A stretch of DNA of 64,000 bases from an uncultured archaeon (lineage in GTDB: Archaea > Asgardarchaeota > Lokiarchaeia > Sigyniarchaeales > SOKP01), in contig CAZBNW010000004.1 of assembly GCA_964493385.1 (NCBI GenBank), positions 566 through 64,565 on the forward strand. The letters run 5' to 3'. The notes under the pieces are model-generated. The model saw only the letters and a program-made list of their open reading frames with translations, had not been told where the DNA came from and did not search any database. This document shows positions 31,368-40,377 of this stretch, piece after piece; position 1 is the first letter of the stretch; each line of letters opens with the position of its first letter. The position numbers were made by a program, and so were the translations under genes.

Positions 31368-31454
31368 AATTATTAGTTATTTACAAAAATTTCTTAATCA
31401 ATAATAAAATAAAAAGAGATTAAATAAGATGGACAGTGTTTTTGAATTAAAAAT

Positions 31455-31697
31455 TTAATATCTTCTGTCCTTTGAAACGATCTTTACGTTTAATGCTTCA
31501 GGACCTTTTCCTTCTTTAGATTCAATTAGTTCAAATTCTACTTCGTCGCCTTGATCAAGTTTACGGAAACCTTCCATATCAATATTTGAAAAATGGATAA
31601 ACACATCATCCTGATCGTCAACACTGATGAAACCGAAGCCTTTTTTTATATTAAACCATTTGACGTATCCTCTTTCCAAATTCTTCTTTTTTGCCAT
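31455..31697 (-). CDS. csp: Cold-shock domain protein
   Basis: RNP1/RNP2-like [15 protein letters not shown] and DVFIHFS. Confidence 0.85.
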   Translation of the reverse strand: MAKKKNLERGYVKWFNIKKGFGFISVDDQDDVFIHFSNIDMEGFRKLDQGDEVEFELIESKEGKGPEALNVKIVSKDRRY

Positions 31698-31888
31698 GTG
31701 TAACTCTCTTATTTTTAGTTTCTATTGAAAAACAAAATATAACAAAAATACTTTAGTTCTTTCTCTTAACTGTATTGTTTATAGAAATTATATAGGAAAA
31801 TAAATTTTTATTTTAAAATTTTTTTACTCCCCTCCCTTTCTTTTCTTGATAAAATCAATAAATAATCATTTACTTAATTTATGTAGGA

Positions 31889-33247
31889 ATGATTTTTGAC
31901 AAAGTTTTAGAAATTTATCAGAAATACTATATATGCATTCATTGTCTAGGGAGAATGTTTTCTCTATTAGGTACAAATACAACAAATTATGAAAGAGGTA
32001 ATTCTTTATTACTTTCAATAACTATGGAAAATCACAGAAATTATTTATCTGGAAATGAGGCTCTACAAAAAGAATCACTTATTAATCTTAAATTATTAGC
32101 TGAAAATGCTAAGTATGTACCCGCTCAAAAAGTTTTATCTAATGAAGGGATAAAATATATAAAGAACGATTTAAATCAAATCTGTTATTTATGTCATAAT
32201 ATTTTTTCAAATATTCAAAAATACACTAACAAATCAGAACAAATACTTGAAAAAATCGAATTTAATAGTTTTTTAGTTGGTTCAAGTCCAGAATCTCAAA
32301 TTATTAATCGGGAAGACAAATTTAAAACAGAGTTTAATATTTTGGAAGCAGAATCTTTCAAAAGTCATTTTAATCGTGTAGTAGGAAAAAATTTAATGTT
32401 TAGGCTTAATAAAACTCCAGAATTTAACAATCCTGAGGCATTAATTGTATACACTTTCGGTTTTGAAGCATTTAATATTGAATTAACATTAAAAAGTCTT
32501 TTTATTTATGGAAGATATAATAAGTTGATTAGAGGAATCCCTCAAACTCATTGGTTCTGTAAAAAATGCATGGGAACGGGTTGTGAATTATGTAATTTTA
32601 CGGGAAAGCAATATTTAACGAGCGTAGAAGATCTAATAAGCCCAGAGTTTATTAAAGAATCAAAAGCAACCGATTCAAAATTTCATGGTGCTGGAAGAGA
32701 AGACATTGATGTGAGAATGTTAGGCTCGGGAAGGCCTTTCATTCTTGAATTAAGAAATCCAGAAAATAGAAATTTAGATTTAGTTAAAATCGAAAGAAAA
32801 GTTAACAAAAATAATAGAAAAAAAGTAAGAATTCGAAATTTAGTATATAGTAATAAGAAGGAAGTAATTAAACTTAAAACTGAAGCGAAAAATACAAAAA
32901 AAGTTTATCGAGCGATTGTTGGGACTGATGCCAAAATAACTAAAGAAAAATTTAACCAGAAATTAAATCAATTAAAGAAATTAGTTGAAGATCAAGAAAT
33001 ATATCAAAGAACTCCAAATAGAGTATCTCATCGTCGTGCTGATAAAACAAGGGCAAAAATTGTCTACAGAATAGAAGGAAAATTCATCAAAACTAATTTA
33101 TTTGAATTTCAAATGGAAACACAAGGAGGAACCTATATAAAAGAACTTATTAACGGTGATAAAGGGCGCACATCTCCTTCTTTTTCAGAAATTTTTGAAA
33201 TACCCCTAATGTGTAAAGAATTAGATGTGCTAGAAATCTCGCTATAG
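31889..33247 (+). CDS. pus10: tRNA pseudouridine synthase Pus10
   Basis: N-terminal CIHCLGR zinc motif, a second CKKC..CELC cluster, a THUMP-like middle and a GREDIDVRMLGSGRPF catalytic block. Confidence 0.8.
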   Translation: MIFDKVLEIYQKYYICIHCLGRMFSLLGTNTTNYERGNSLLLSITMENHRNYLSGNEALQKESLINLKLLAENAKYVPAQKVLSNEGIKYIKNDLNQICYLCHNIFSNIQKYTNKSEQILEKIEFNSFLVGSSPESQIINREDKFKTEFNILEAESFKSHFNRVVGKNLMFRLNKTPEFNNPEALIVYTFGFEAFNIELTLKSLFIYGRYNKLIRGIPQTHWFCKKCMGTGCELCNFTGKQYLTSVEDLISPEFIKESKATDSKFHGAGREDIDVRMLGSGRPFILELRNPENRNLDLVKIERKVNKNNRKKVRIRNLVYSNKKEVIKLKTEAKNTKKVYRAIVGTDAKITKEKFNQKLNQLKKLVEDQEIYQRTPNRVSHRRADKTRAKIVYRIEGKFIKTNLFEFQMETQGGTYIKELINGDKGRTSPSFSEIFEIPLMCKELDVLEISL

Positions 33248-33364
33248 TTTTTATTACAAATGGTTCTATATATCTAAAATCAAAAAATAAATAAACAATC
33301 CTTCATAATTCTACTAAATCAATTGATTTGTTTTTCATATTACTATTCTTAAAGGTGTGTAGCA

Positions 33365-33670
33365 ATCGTAAAACATAGAGGCTATAGAACTAAAACACGT
33401 CATAAGCATAGGAAAAATATCCGTGAAAGGGGATTAGGATCCATTGAGAAATATTTAATAGATTATAACACTAACGATAAAGTCGATATTATAACTGATC
33501 CCTCTGTGCATCGCCGCGGAATGCCTCACTCTAGATTCCACGGAAGGACAGGTACTATTACTGGTCAACGAGGGCGCTGCTATTTAGTAGAAGTGAAATT
33601 AGGTAACTCTAAAAAAACGTTAATAATTGGAAAAGAACACCTTAGATTAAGTACTGTTTCTGTAAAATAA
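33365..33670 (+). CDS. rpl21e: Ribosomal protein L21e (eL21); absent from the ORF track because it has no ATG/GTG/TTG start
   Basis: The frame is open from 33353 and encodes (I)VKHRGYRTKTRHKHRKNIRERG...DPSVHRRGMPHSRFHGRTGTI...GKEHL. SD AAAGGTG at 33351..33357 lies 7 nt before ATC 33365. It sits in the expected place before rpoF. Confidence 0.85.
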   Translation: MVKHRGYRTKTRHKHRKNIRERGLGSIEKYLIDYNTNDKVDIITDPSVHRRGMPHSRFHGRTGTITGQRGRCYLVEVKLGNSKKTLIIGKEHLRLSTVSVK

Positions 33671-33695
33671 AATTATAATAATCATAGGATTTTTT

Positions 33696-34061
33696 ATGTC
33701 TGGAAGAAAAAAAGACGAAAAAACAGTCTCTATTCCTGAAGTAAAGGAAATAATGGAATATATTAAGGATAAATTGTTAGAGATTGATAATGAGGAGGGA
33801 ATGTCCCACTTTCAAGAAATAACATACAACTATGTTAATAAATTTGCGAAATATGATACGAAAACCGCAAAAAAAATAATTAAATTTTTAATAGACAAAC
33901 ATAATATTGAAGAAATTTACGCTATTAATATTGTAAATGTTTCTCCGAAGACTGTACCTGAGTTACGGATGATTTTGGAAAAAAGTTTCACTGGTAAGAC
34001 TTTAACAGATAATCAACTGCTAGAACTTCTAAGTCAAATAGAAGACATAAAGACATCTTGA
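33696..34061 (+). CDS. rpoF: RNA polymerase subunit F (Rpo4/Rpb4-like)
   Basis: 121 aa, helical, in the conserved position between rpl21e and the DUF655 gene. Confidence 0.65.
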   Translation: MSGRKKDEKTVSIPEVKEIMEYIKDKLLEIDNEEGMSHFQEITYNYVNKFAKYDTKTAKKIIKFLIDKHNIEEIYAINIVNVSPKTVPELRMILEKSFTGKTLTDNQLLELLSQIEDIKTS

Positions 34062-34228
34062 ACTAAACCATCCTAATTATAAAATTTCGATTGTTGGTTA
34101 TAAGATCCGATAAACTTATAAATTTAAATTTTTTAAATTCTAATGAACAAGCCCAACTAATTAAGTATTTTATAACAATAAAAATTTTGAAATGGTAATC
34201 TCAAAAGTAAAAAACAAGTTAATATGTA

Positions 34229-34873
34229 ATGATGGAAAGAAGAGAGCGATACAGAGGTCCTCCACGCAAAAGAAGATATCGGGGTGGTCCAAGGAAGAAA
34301 AAGCAATTTATAAAGAAATTTCGGGAAGTTATTGTCTTAGATCTATTGATACATGGCCATCCCGAAGAAGATAAACCTAGTTGGGCAAAAACGCCAATAG
34401 CACAAGTTCTTACTTTTCCAGATTTTGTTTTATATGAAGTTAAAGTGAATAAGAGTTCTGATATCCAAGTTCAAGAAAAAAAAACGTATGAAGAATTCTT
34501 AAATGAAGATAAATTAAAAGAAGTCTTAAAAAAAATAGATTATAACGATTTAACTAGTACCTCAAAAGCACTAATTCAACCAATTTTAGAAAAAGAAATT
34601 ATGAAATATGAAGAAGAATTTATTAATTTCTTCAATAATTCTACTTCTATTACTCCAAGAATGCATGCTTTAAAATTATTACCTGGAGTTGGGCAAAAGC
34701 ACATGTGGGAAATACTTGAAGCAAGAGATAGGCAAAAATTCGGAACATTTCAAGACATTGCCGATAGAACTAGTATTTCAAATCCTGCTAAATTAATCGC
34801 ACAGAGAATTATTAAAGAACTTCAAAGAGATGTAAAATACTACCTTTTTAGCAAGACTCAAAAATATGAATAA
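34229..34873 (+). CDS. DUF655-family putative RNA-binding protein (OB plus HhH)
   Basis: Arg-rich N-terminus and a LLPGVGQKHMWEIL HhH-like motif, in the conserved position before rsmA. Confidence 0.65.
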   Translation: MMERRERYRGPPRKRRYRGGPRKKKQFIKKFREVIVLDLLIHGHPEEDKPSWAKTPIAQVLTFPDFVLYEVKVNKSSDIQVQEKKTYEEFLNEDKLKEVLKKIDYNDLTSTSKALIQPILEKEIMKYEEEFINFFNNSTSITPRMHALKLLPGVGQKHMWEILEARDRQKFGTFQDIADRTSISNPAKLIAQRIIKELQRDVKYYLFSKTQKYE

Positions 34874-34878
34874 ACCTT

Positions 34879-35730
34879 ATGAATTTAAGAGAAGTTAAAC
34901 TCATTTTAAATCAGTTAAAAGTAAGTCCAGATAAGCGCTTAGGTCAAAATTTTCTAATTGATAATAATATTGTCGAAAAAGTTATTATTAAATCAGAGCT
35001 CCTAAGAGATGATATAATTCTAGAGATAGGTCCAGGTTTAGGTGCTTTAACAGAAAAATTGGTGGAAAAAGTTAGGAAGGTATATGCCATCGAAATAGAT
35101 CCGCGGCTCTGTTCGTATCTAGAGAATGAATATTCAAAATATAATAATATTGAGATAATAAATGCTGATATATTAAATGCAAATGTCCCTTTCCATAATA
35201 AAGTTGTTTCAAACATACCTTATAATATAACTGGTCCAATTTTTGAAAAAATATTCTATAACTCAAATCCTCCTGAAGGAATTATGATTATTGAGAAAAA
35301 AATTGCGGATAGAATTTTTTATGATGGAACTTACGAGAATTTCTCGAGAATTACGATAAATTTTAATGCTTTTATGAAACCAAAAGAAAAATTTATAGTA
35401 TCTAGAAATTGTTTCTTTCCAACGCCTAATATTGATCTATCATTAATTAAAATAAGCCCTAGAGAGGAAATTAACCAATTTTTATTAAACGATGATAATA
35501 AATATTTTTTTCTAAAATTTATTGCTGGTGTTATGCCTTATAAGAATAAAAATCTATTAAATGCTCTTGAAATATTTTTAAAAAATAGTAAAATAATTGA
35601 TCTTAATAAGGAACGAATAAACCAAATTTTACAGGCAAATAATTATAGTAATAACAAGGTTTTCAGCTTAAATATTGATGATTTTATAAAATTAAGTAAA
35701 TTATTTTCTAATTTAAAGGAAAAAGCATGA
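34879..35730 (+). CDS. rsmA: 16S rRNA (adenine-N6,N6)-dimethyltransferase
   Basis: LGQNFL, EIGPGLGALT and SNIPYNIT motifs. Confidence 0.9.
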   Translation: MNLREVKLILNQLKVSPDKRLGQNFLIDNNIVEKVIIKSELLRDDIILEIGPGLGALTEKLVEKVRKVYAIEIDPRLCSYLENEYSKYNNIEIINADILNANVPFHNKVVSNIPYNITGPIFEKIFYNSNPPEGIMIIEKKIADRIFYDGTYENFSRITINFNAFMKPKEKFIVSRNCFFPTPNIDLSLIKISPREEINQFLLNDDNKYFFLKFIAGVMPYKNKNLLNALEIFLKNSKIIDLNKERINQILQANNYSNNKVFSLNIDDFIKLSKLFSNLKEKA

Positions 35731-35737
35731 GAAAATT

Positions 35738-36424
35738 GTGAGAACTATTAAATCTTTACCCGATCCTATAATAAACTGCCATAAGAAAGATGTTTATCAG
35801 CCATCTGATGATACCTATTTAATTATTGATTATTTGAAGAATCATGTTAATGAAAAATATTTCGATGGTATTAATATAAAAAATATTGATAAAATCCTCG
35901 ATTTAGGTACTGGAACGGGAATTATTGCAATCTTTTTACAATTACTCATAAAGGTTAATCCTAATTTTAACGCAGAGATTTATGCCTCGGATGTTTTAAA
36001 AGAGGCTATAGAATGTGCTAAACACAACGCAAAAGCGAATAATCTCGGAGAAGAAATCAAATTTTTTACATCTAATCTTTTTAAATCTTTTCCAAATTCT
36101 CTAAAACACTCTTTTGACATAATAATTTTTAATCCCCCTTATTTACCTTCCTTAGAAGGAAATGAAACCAAAGAAATAATTGATGCAAGTTGGAACGGTG
36201 GTAAAAAGGGATACGAAATTATAATTGACTTTCTTGATACTGCTATAAATTTCCTCAATGTTAACCATAATTGTTATATTTATTTTGTTAGTTCAAGTAA
36301 ATCTGATTTAGGAAAGCTAAATGATTTAATAAAGCAAAAAAGTTTAAAACAACAAATTTTAAAAAAAAAGCATCTCTTTTTTGAAGATCTTCTTTTAAAC
36401 AGAATAGCACTTACTAGATTTTAA
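35738..36424 (+). CDS. HemK/PrmC-like N5-glutamine (NPPY) methyltransferase
   Basis: SAM motif LDLGTGTGIIA and catalytic FNPPYLP. GTG start. Confidence 0.8.
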   Translation: MRTIKSLPDPIINCHKKDVYQPSDDTYLIIDYLKNHVNEKYFDGINIKNIDKILDLGTGTGIIAIFLQLLIKVNPNFNAEIYASDVLKEAIECAKHNAKANNLGEEIKFFTSNLFKSFPNSLKHSFDIIIFNPPYLPSLEGNETKEIIDASWNGGKKGYEIIIDFLDTAINFLNVNHNCYIYFVSSSKSDLGKLNDLIKQKSLKQQILKKKHLFFEDLLLNRIALTRF

Positions 36425-37701
36425 AAAGGTCTTCTGTTTCTTCTTTTTTCTAGTAAAGATATTCCATGAGTATTTAATGTCCTAGTTAAATTATTAAGTA
36501 ATAAATCTACTTCTTTTGGTTTAAAGACAGCTCTCCTATGGGCTTCAATTTGGGGGATCGGCAAACCATAATGTTCGTTCAAACTTGATATTGGTAGTAA
36601 GATGGAAGAAATTAAATCTGCTCTCCTTGAAGCATTGTTAAAAGCATGTTTTTCATCCATGAAGAATTCTATTCTACAAGGTGTATCATATCGAGCAGTT
36701 TTTAGATAAAATGCGTAAAAGGAAAGAGGAAAATAATAAGGTATTTCTTTTTTGATTCCTGTATCTCTGATTTTATCGATTTCTCTTTTACAATTAAAGA
36801 TACAGGTTCTTTCAGATTTTTTTAAAACTCGATTAAACAAATCTATATCCGAAAAGAATTCGATTACCTTTCGATAATCTATTTTAATAAAATCGGATAA
36901 TTTTGAATGACTAGGTTTTAATAATTGTATAGAATCCCTTAACAGATGAGATAAAGCAGATGTTCTTGTGTCTTTAATTGAACCGATTAATAATATTCCG
37001 TTTTCTTTACAATTTGAATATAACTTATGATATTCTTTCAATAGTTTATCATACTTTTTAGAAATTTCAGGATCTTTGGAAAACAACAAATTTATTGGCA
37101 TGATTACAATTGATCCATCAATTATTATCATATCAATATCAGAAAATTTTCTAATCATATTATTTAACAGATTAATCTCCATGAAATTCATGTCTAAAGA
37201 GTTCTTAGTTTCTACTGCAGTTTCGTCTCTATTCAAAAAATTTCCTTGAACAAAATAATTATTAAAACCGCTTAAATCAGGATAATAGGCTATTTTTGCT
37301 GAATGATTTTTATGAAAATAATATTTTACAGCAATAGCTTTTAAAAATGAAAAATCAACGTTCATAAATTTCTTAGACACCGAACTTCCATCCACACTAA
37401 CAACATTTAATCCTCTAATATTAGCGGAGGATACATTTTTTTTTAAAAAACCTTCTTTTATATAAAATCTAGGAAAATCAATGAACTTCGAAAAATCTAA
37501 ATCATCAAGATTTTTCAAGAAAATATTAACAAAATTTTTTTTTAATTTTTCGATTGCTAAATATTCTTTCGCAATAGTTTTTAGATCTGTTAATAAAAGT
37601 TGTTCTTTTGTTAATCCAAGATTATTAATAATTTCTTTATCATGAGAAAGAGTTAGAAAATTACTTTCTTCTGAATTTAAATATTTATCCCTAATTGTCA
37701 T
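36421..37701 (-). CDS. nurA: NurA-like 5'-3' nuclease domain protein
   Basis: VVSVDGSS motif and later IIIDGS/GSIKDTR blocks consistent with the NurA fold. No herA is adjacent. Confidence 0.55.
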   Translation of the reverse strand: MTIRDKYLNSEESNFLTLSHDKEIINNLGLTKEQLLLTDLKTIAKEYLAIEKLKKNFVNIFLKNLDDLDFSKFIDFPRFYIKEGFLKKNVSSANIRGLNVVSVDGSSVSKKFMNVDFSFLKAIAVKYYFHKNHSAKIAYYPDLSGFNNYFVQGNFLNRDETAVETKNSLDMNFMEINLLNNMIRKFSDIDMIIIDGSIVIMPINLLFSKDPEISKKYDKLLKEYHKLYSNCKENGILLIGSIKDTRTSALSHLLRDSIQLLKPSHSKLSDFIKIDYRKVIEFFSDIDLFNRVLKKSERTCIFNCKREIDKIRDTGIKKEIPYYFPLSFYAFYLKTARYDTPCRIEFFMDEKHAFNNASRRADLISSILLPISSLNEHYGLPIPQIEAHRRAVFKPKEVDLLLNNLTRTLNTHGISLLEKRRNRRPF

Positions 37702-37794
37702 TAAAAGTACAAATAATAGAATTCATAATAATAATATTGAGATATTTAATTTTTTGATTTATGAGGATTAATCGAAAATAATATAATAAGAAAA

Positions 37795-38436
37795 ATGGCA
37801 ATACAATTAGGAGAAAACCCATGGATTTTAATATGTTTAACATTTTTGGAGATATTGTTTGTTGTAGTCCCTGCATTAATATCCAGCAGATTGGAGAAAA
37901 AGTCTTTCATAGACGCAATAAAAGATATGGGATTTCAAAAAAATGAGGATCTTTTTCTAAAAATAATATCTGGATTAAGTTTTGGAATCTTATTTCTTTT
38001 TTTCGGTAATTATATCATTATTTTTTTCAGAGATTTTATTATTGGAAGTTTATTTGGTGCCGAATTTGTCGAACAAGCTCAAGAAGGAGCTATTAGCACA
38101 GCGCTTATCCAACCCAATCTTATTCAATTAATTATTTTAGCAATTTTACAGATAATTGTAATTGGACCTTGTGAAGAAGCGTTTTTCAGAGGATTCCTTA
38201 TTAAAAAGTCTAACACAAAATTAAAATTAATCTATTCGATTATTATCTCATCTGTTTGTTTTACTATTTATCATGTTCCTCCGTTTTTAGTGCCTATAAC
38301 TACAATTATTACTTTTTCTGGGTATTATTTTACTTTCGGATTTCTATTATCTCTCATTTTTGTATATTTTAATTATTCAATAATTCCTTGTGCAGTTGCT
38401 CATTCTTGTTTTAATCTTTTATTATTTGTAATATGA
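37795..38436 (+). CDS. CPBP-family intramembrane protease
   Basis: PCEEAFFRGFL, FTIYH and AHSCFN motifs in a polytopic protein. Confidence 0.7.
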   Translation: MAIQLGENPWILICLTFLEILFVVVPALISSRLEKKSFIDAIKDMGFQKNEDLFLKIISGLSFGILFLFFGNYIIIFFRDFIIGSLFGAEFVEQAQEGAISTALIQPNLIQLIILAILQIIVIGPCEEAFFRGFLIKKSNTKLKLIYSIIISSVCFTIYHVPPFLVPITTIITFSGYYFTFGFLLSLIFVYFNYSIIPCAVAHSCFNLLLFVI

Positions 38437-38585
38437 ATCCTGCCTTTTTATGAAATTTTAAATTAGACAAAAATTAATTAATATTAGGTATATTAATATT
38501 ATAAACTAAAATCAAATCTATATTAACATTAAGGTTCAATCCTTCTAATTATACATTTAGAAAAAACTCCAAAATACCGAAAATA

Positions 38586-39119
38586 TTGATTAGGTTGACA
38601 CAATACGATTATACATTTAAAATGCTAATGTTGGGGGATGCATCTGTTGGTAAAACATCCCTTACGATAAGATATATTTCGGGCTATTTTCAGGAAGATT
38701 TAAAATTAACGATAGGTGTTGATTTTTATTCAAAAACAACAAACTTTAAAGATCAAAAAGTTAAATTACAGATATGGGATTTTGGAGGAGAACAAAGATT
38801 TAGATTCCTACTCTCACAATATTGTAAAGGTGCCAATGGGGCTTTTTTTTTGTATGATATTACTAATCAAGTCTCGTTAGACCATCTCCCCGATTGGACA
38901 CAGATAATTAGAGAAAACGCAGGAGACATTCCTATAATGTTAATCGGATCCAAAGTGGATCTTAATGAATTTAGAGCCGTTCCAAGAGATGATGGAATAT
39001 TAGCTGCAAAAAAATATAATCTTGCTTCTTTTGTAGAATTATCTTCTAAGACAGGAGAGAACGTAGAAAAAGCTTTCGAAGTTATAACAGAAATTCTTTT
39101 CGAAAAGTATTCAAGCTAA
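38586..39119 (+). CDS. Rab/Ras-like small GTPase
   Basis: GDASVGKTS, WDFGGEQRF, GSKVDL and SSKTG. TTG start. Confidence 0.85.
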   Translation: MIRLTQYDYTFKMLMLGDASVGKTSLTIRYISGYFQEDLKLTIGVDFYSKTTNFKDQKVKLQIWDFGGEQRFRFLLSQYCKGANGAFFLYDITNQVSLDHLPDWTQIIRENAGDIPIMLIGSKVDLNEFRAVPRDDGILAAKKYNLASFVELSSKTGENVEKAFEVITEILFEKYSS

Positions 39120-39219
39120 AATGAAAAATGTAATCAAAAATTTTTACTCTGTACATTTAAGTAAAACTTAAATTTATTATTTTACTTATTTTTTAATACA
39201 CATATTTGGTTGAAAATTA

Positions 39220-39591
39220 TTGATTGAAGTTTTTAATAGAAAAGAGAAATTAGAAGGTTTTATTGAAGGGAAAAAATATTTGAATAAAAAAAGGAAATTA
39301 ATAGGCTTCTTGGAAAATAATGAGTTGAAAGATAAATCGGGCTATACTCTCTTGATTCTTAAGAGTAACGGTGATATAACATGGAATGAAGGGGAAAAGC
39401 AAGGATTTATCAAAGAAGGAAAAATTTATTCTGCTTTTGATGATAGACTCATTTTCGAATTTAAAAAGGAAAACGGTGAGATTTTAGATTCTGGTGGAGG
39501 AACAATTCTATATTTAAAAGGTGATATTGAATCTCTTGAAGAAGAAGACTTTTTTGGGATTGCAGGGCAATATTTAGAATTATTTTCTTAA
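39220..39591 (+). CDS. Hypothetical 123-aa protein with an internal duplication, directly downstream of the GTPase
   Basis: Two similar halves (GFIEGKKY...GYTLLILK and GFIKEGKIY...GGTILYLK). TTG start. Confidence 0.4.
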   Translation: MIEVFNRKEKLEGFIEGKKYLNKKRKLIGFLENNELKDKSGYTLLILKSNGDITWNEGEKQGFIKEGKIYSAFDDRLIFEFKKENGEILDSGGGTILYLKGDIESLEEEDFFGIAGQYLELFS

Positions 39592-39702
39592 AATGATTAT
39601 TATTAAAAACGGAGTTAATTTTTCAAAATAAATATATATTTAAAATTTCTAATTCTAATTTTAAATTATATTCATAAAATTTGCATTTTAAAGGTTTCTT
39701 TC

Positions 39703-40236
39703 ATGACAGATATAAACAATGAAGAACCTCCAAGACCTCCAGGATTACAAATAAACACAAAAGCGCCACTGATAGATACTGTAGATATTTATGGGAATCC
39801 AATAAATTTAAAAGATCTTCTCCTATCTTACAATGGAGTTTTGATAGATTTTTTCCGAGGAAATTGGTGAAGTCATTGCAAAAAACACTTAAAGCTGTTA
39901 ACTGAGCATATCTCTGAATTTGAAAATAGAAATATTAAACTTATTTCTATTGCGAGCGATAGCGTCAGACTTCTGAGGATATTTAAAGAAGAAAATGATT
40001 TTAATGTTGACATGATATCTGATAGAGGTGCTAAAATAGCGAAGGAATATGATGTTTACTGGTTTGCTCCCGGTGGAGGAAAAAATTATAAAATAAAACA
40101 AGCAGTACCAAGTAAATTCCTCATCAATAAAAATGGTGAAATTATCTGGAAATATATAGGGAAAGATAAAACAGATAGACCCTCGATCGACATGATGATT
40201 AGCATTATTGATAAACAAATTATAAATCCCAAATAA
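39703..40236 (+). CDS. Thioredoxin-fold redoxin (AhpC/TSA-ResA-like), predicted selenoprotein with an in-frame TGA at 39868..39870
   Basis: ATG 39703 is in frame with listed ORF 40012..40236. The translation reads ...VLIDFFRGNW-TGA-SHCKKHL..., so TGA replaces the first Cys of WCxxC. The downstream D..G.IA..Y and P.KFLINKNGEI blocks fit the fold. Confidence 0.8.
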
Positions 40237-40245
40237 GAATGAATT

Positions 40246-40296
40246 GAGCGTAAAAAAATGAGACGTTCAAGGACAACCTTGTGAGGGTTTTGGGAT
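40246..40296 (+). promoter_or_regulatory. GC-rich hairpin island in the redoxin 3' UTR; candidate SECIS element
   Basis: CAAGG-ACAA-CCTTG stem-loop (40268..40281) flanked by UGAG on both sides (40259..62 and 40282..85). It is the only GC-rich stretch in this intergenic region. Confidence 0.3.
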
Positions 40297-40377
40297 TATT
40301 TTTCTTTTTATTTTTCAACAATAAATAAAAGTTGAACATAATTCTTCTATTTAATTACTAACTTTTTTGATTAGGAA

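Noticed and set aside
33261-33367. Hypothesis that rpl21e gets an ATG from an upstream exon (ATGGT at 33261) through a ~100-nt BHB intron
   Set aside because: The registers I tried by hand for the 4-bp central helix and bulges failed to pair. SD plus ATC is the simpler explanation.
34192-34374. Listed 60-aa ORF overlapping the DUF655 gene start
   Set aside because: It is out of frame with the conserved DUF655 ORF 34229..34873, and its translation merely mirrors that gene's Arg/Lys-rich N-terminus.
38531-38544. tRNA-like T-arm (AAGG-TTCAAT-CCTT)
   Set aside because: The loop is 6 nt rather than 7. The surrounding sequence is far too AT-rich to form acceptor, D or anticodon stems.
39898-40218. 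Listed 106-aa minus-strand ORF
   Set aside because: It is antisense to the redoxin selenoprotein gene. It has a low-complexity hydrophobic translation and no motif, so it is a shadow ORF.
40258-40285. Eukaryote-type SECIS (AUGA...AA...GA) reading of the redoxin 3' UTR hairpin
   Set aside because: AUGA (40258..61) and GA (40283..84) are present. However, the 5' side has 6 unpaired nt against 1 on the 3' side, and no ~10-12-bp helix II can be drawn. It is kept only as a generic SECIS candidate.
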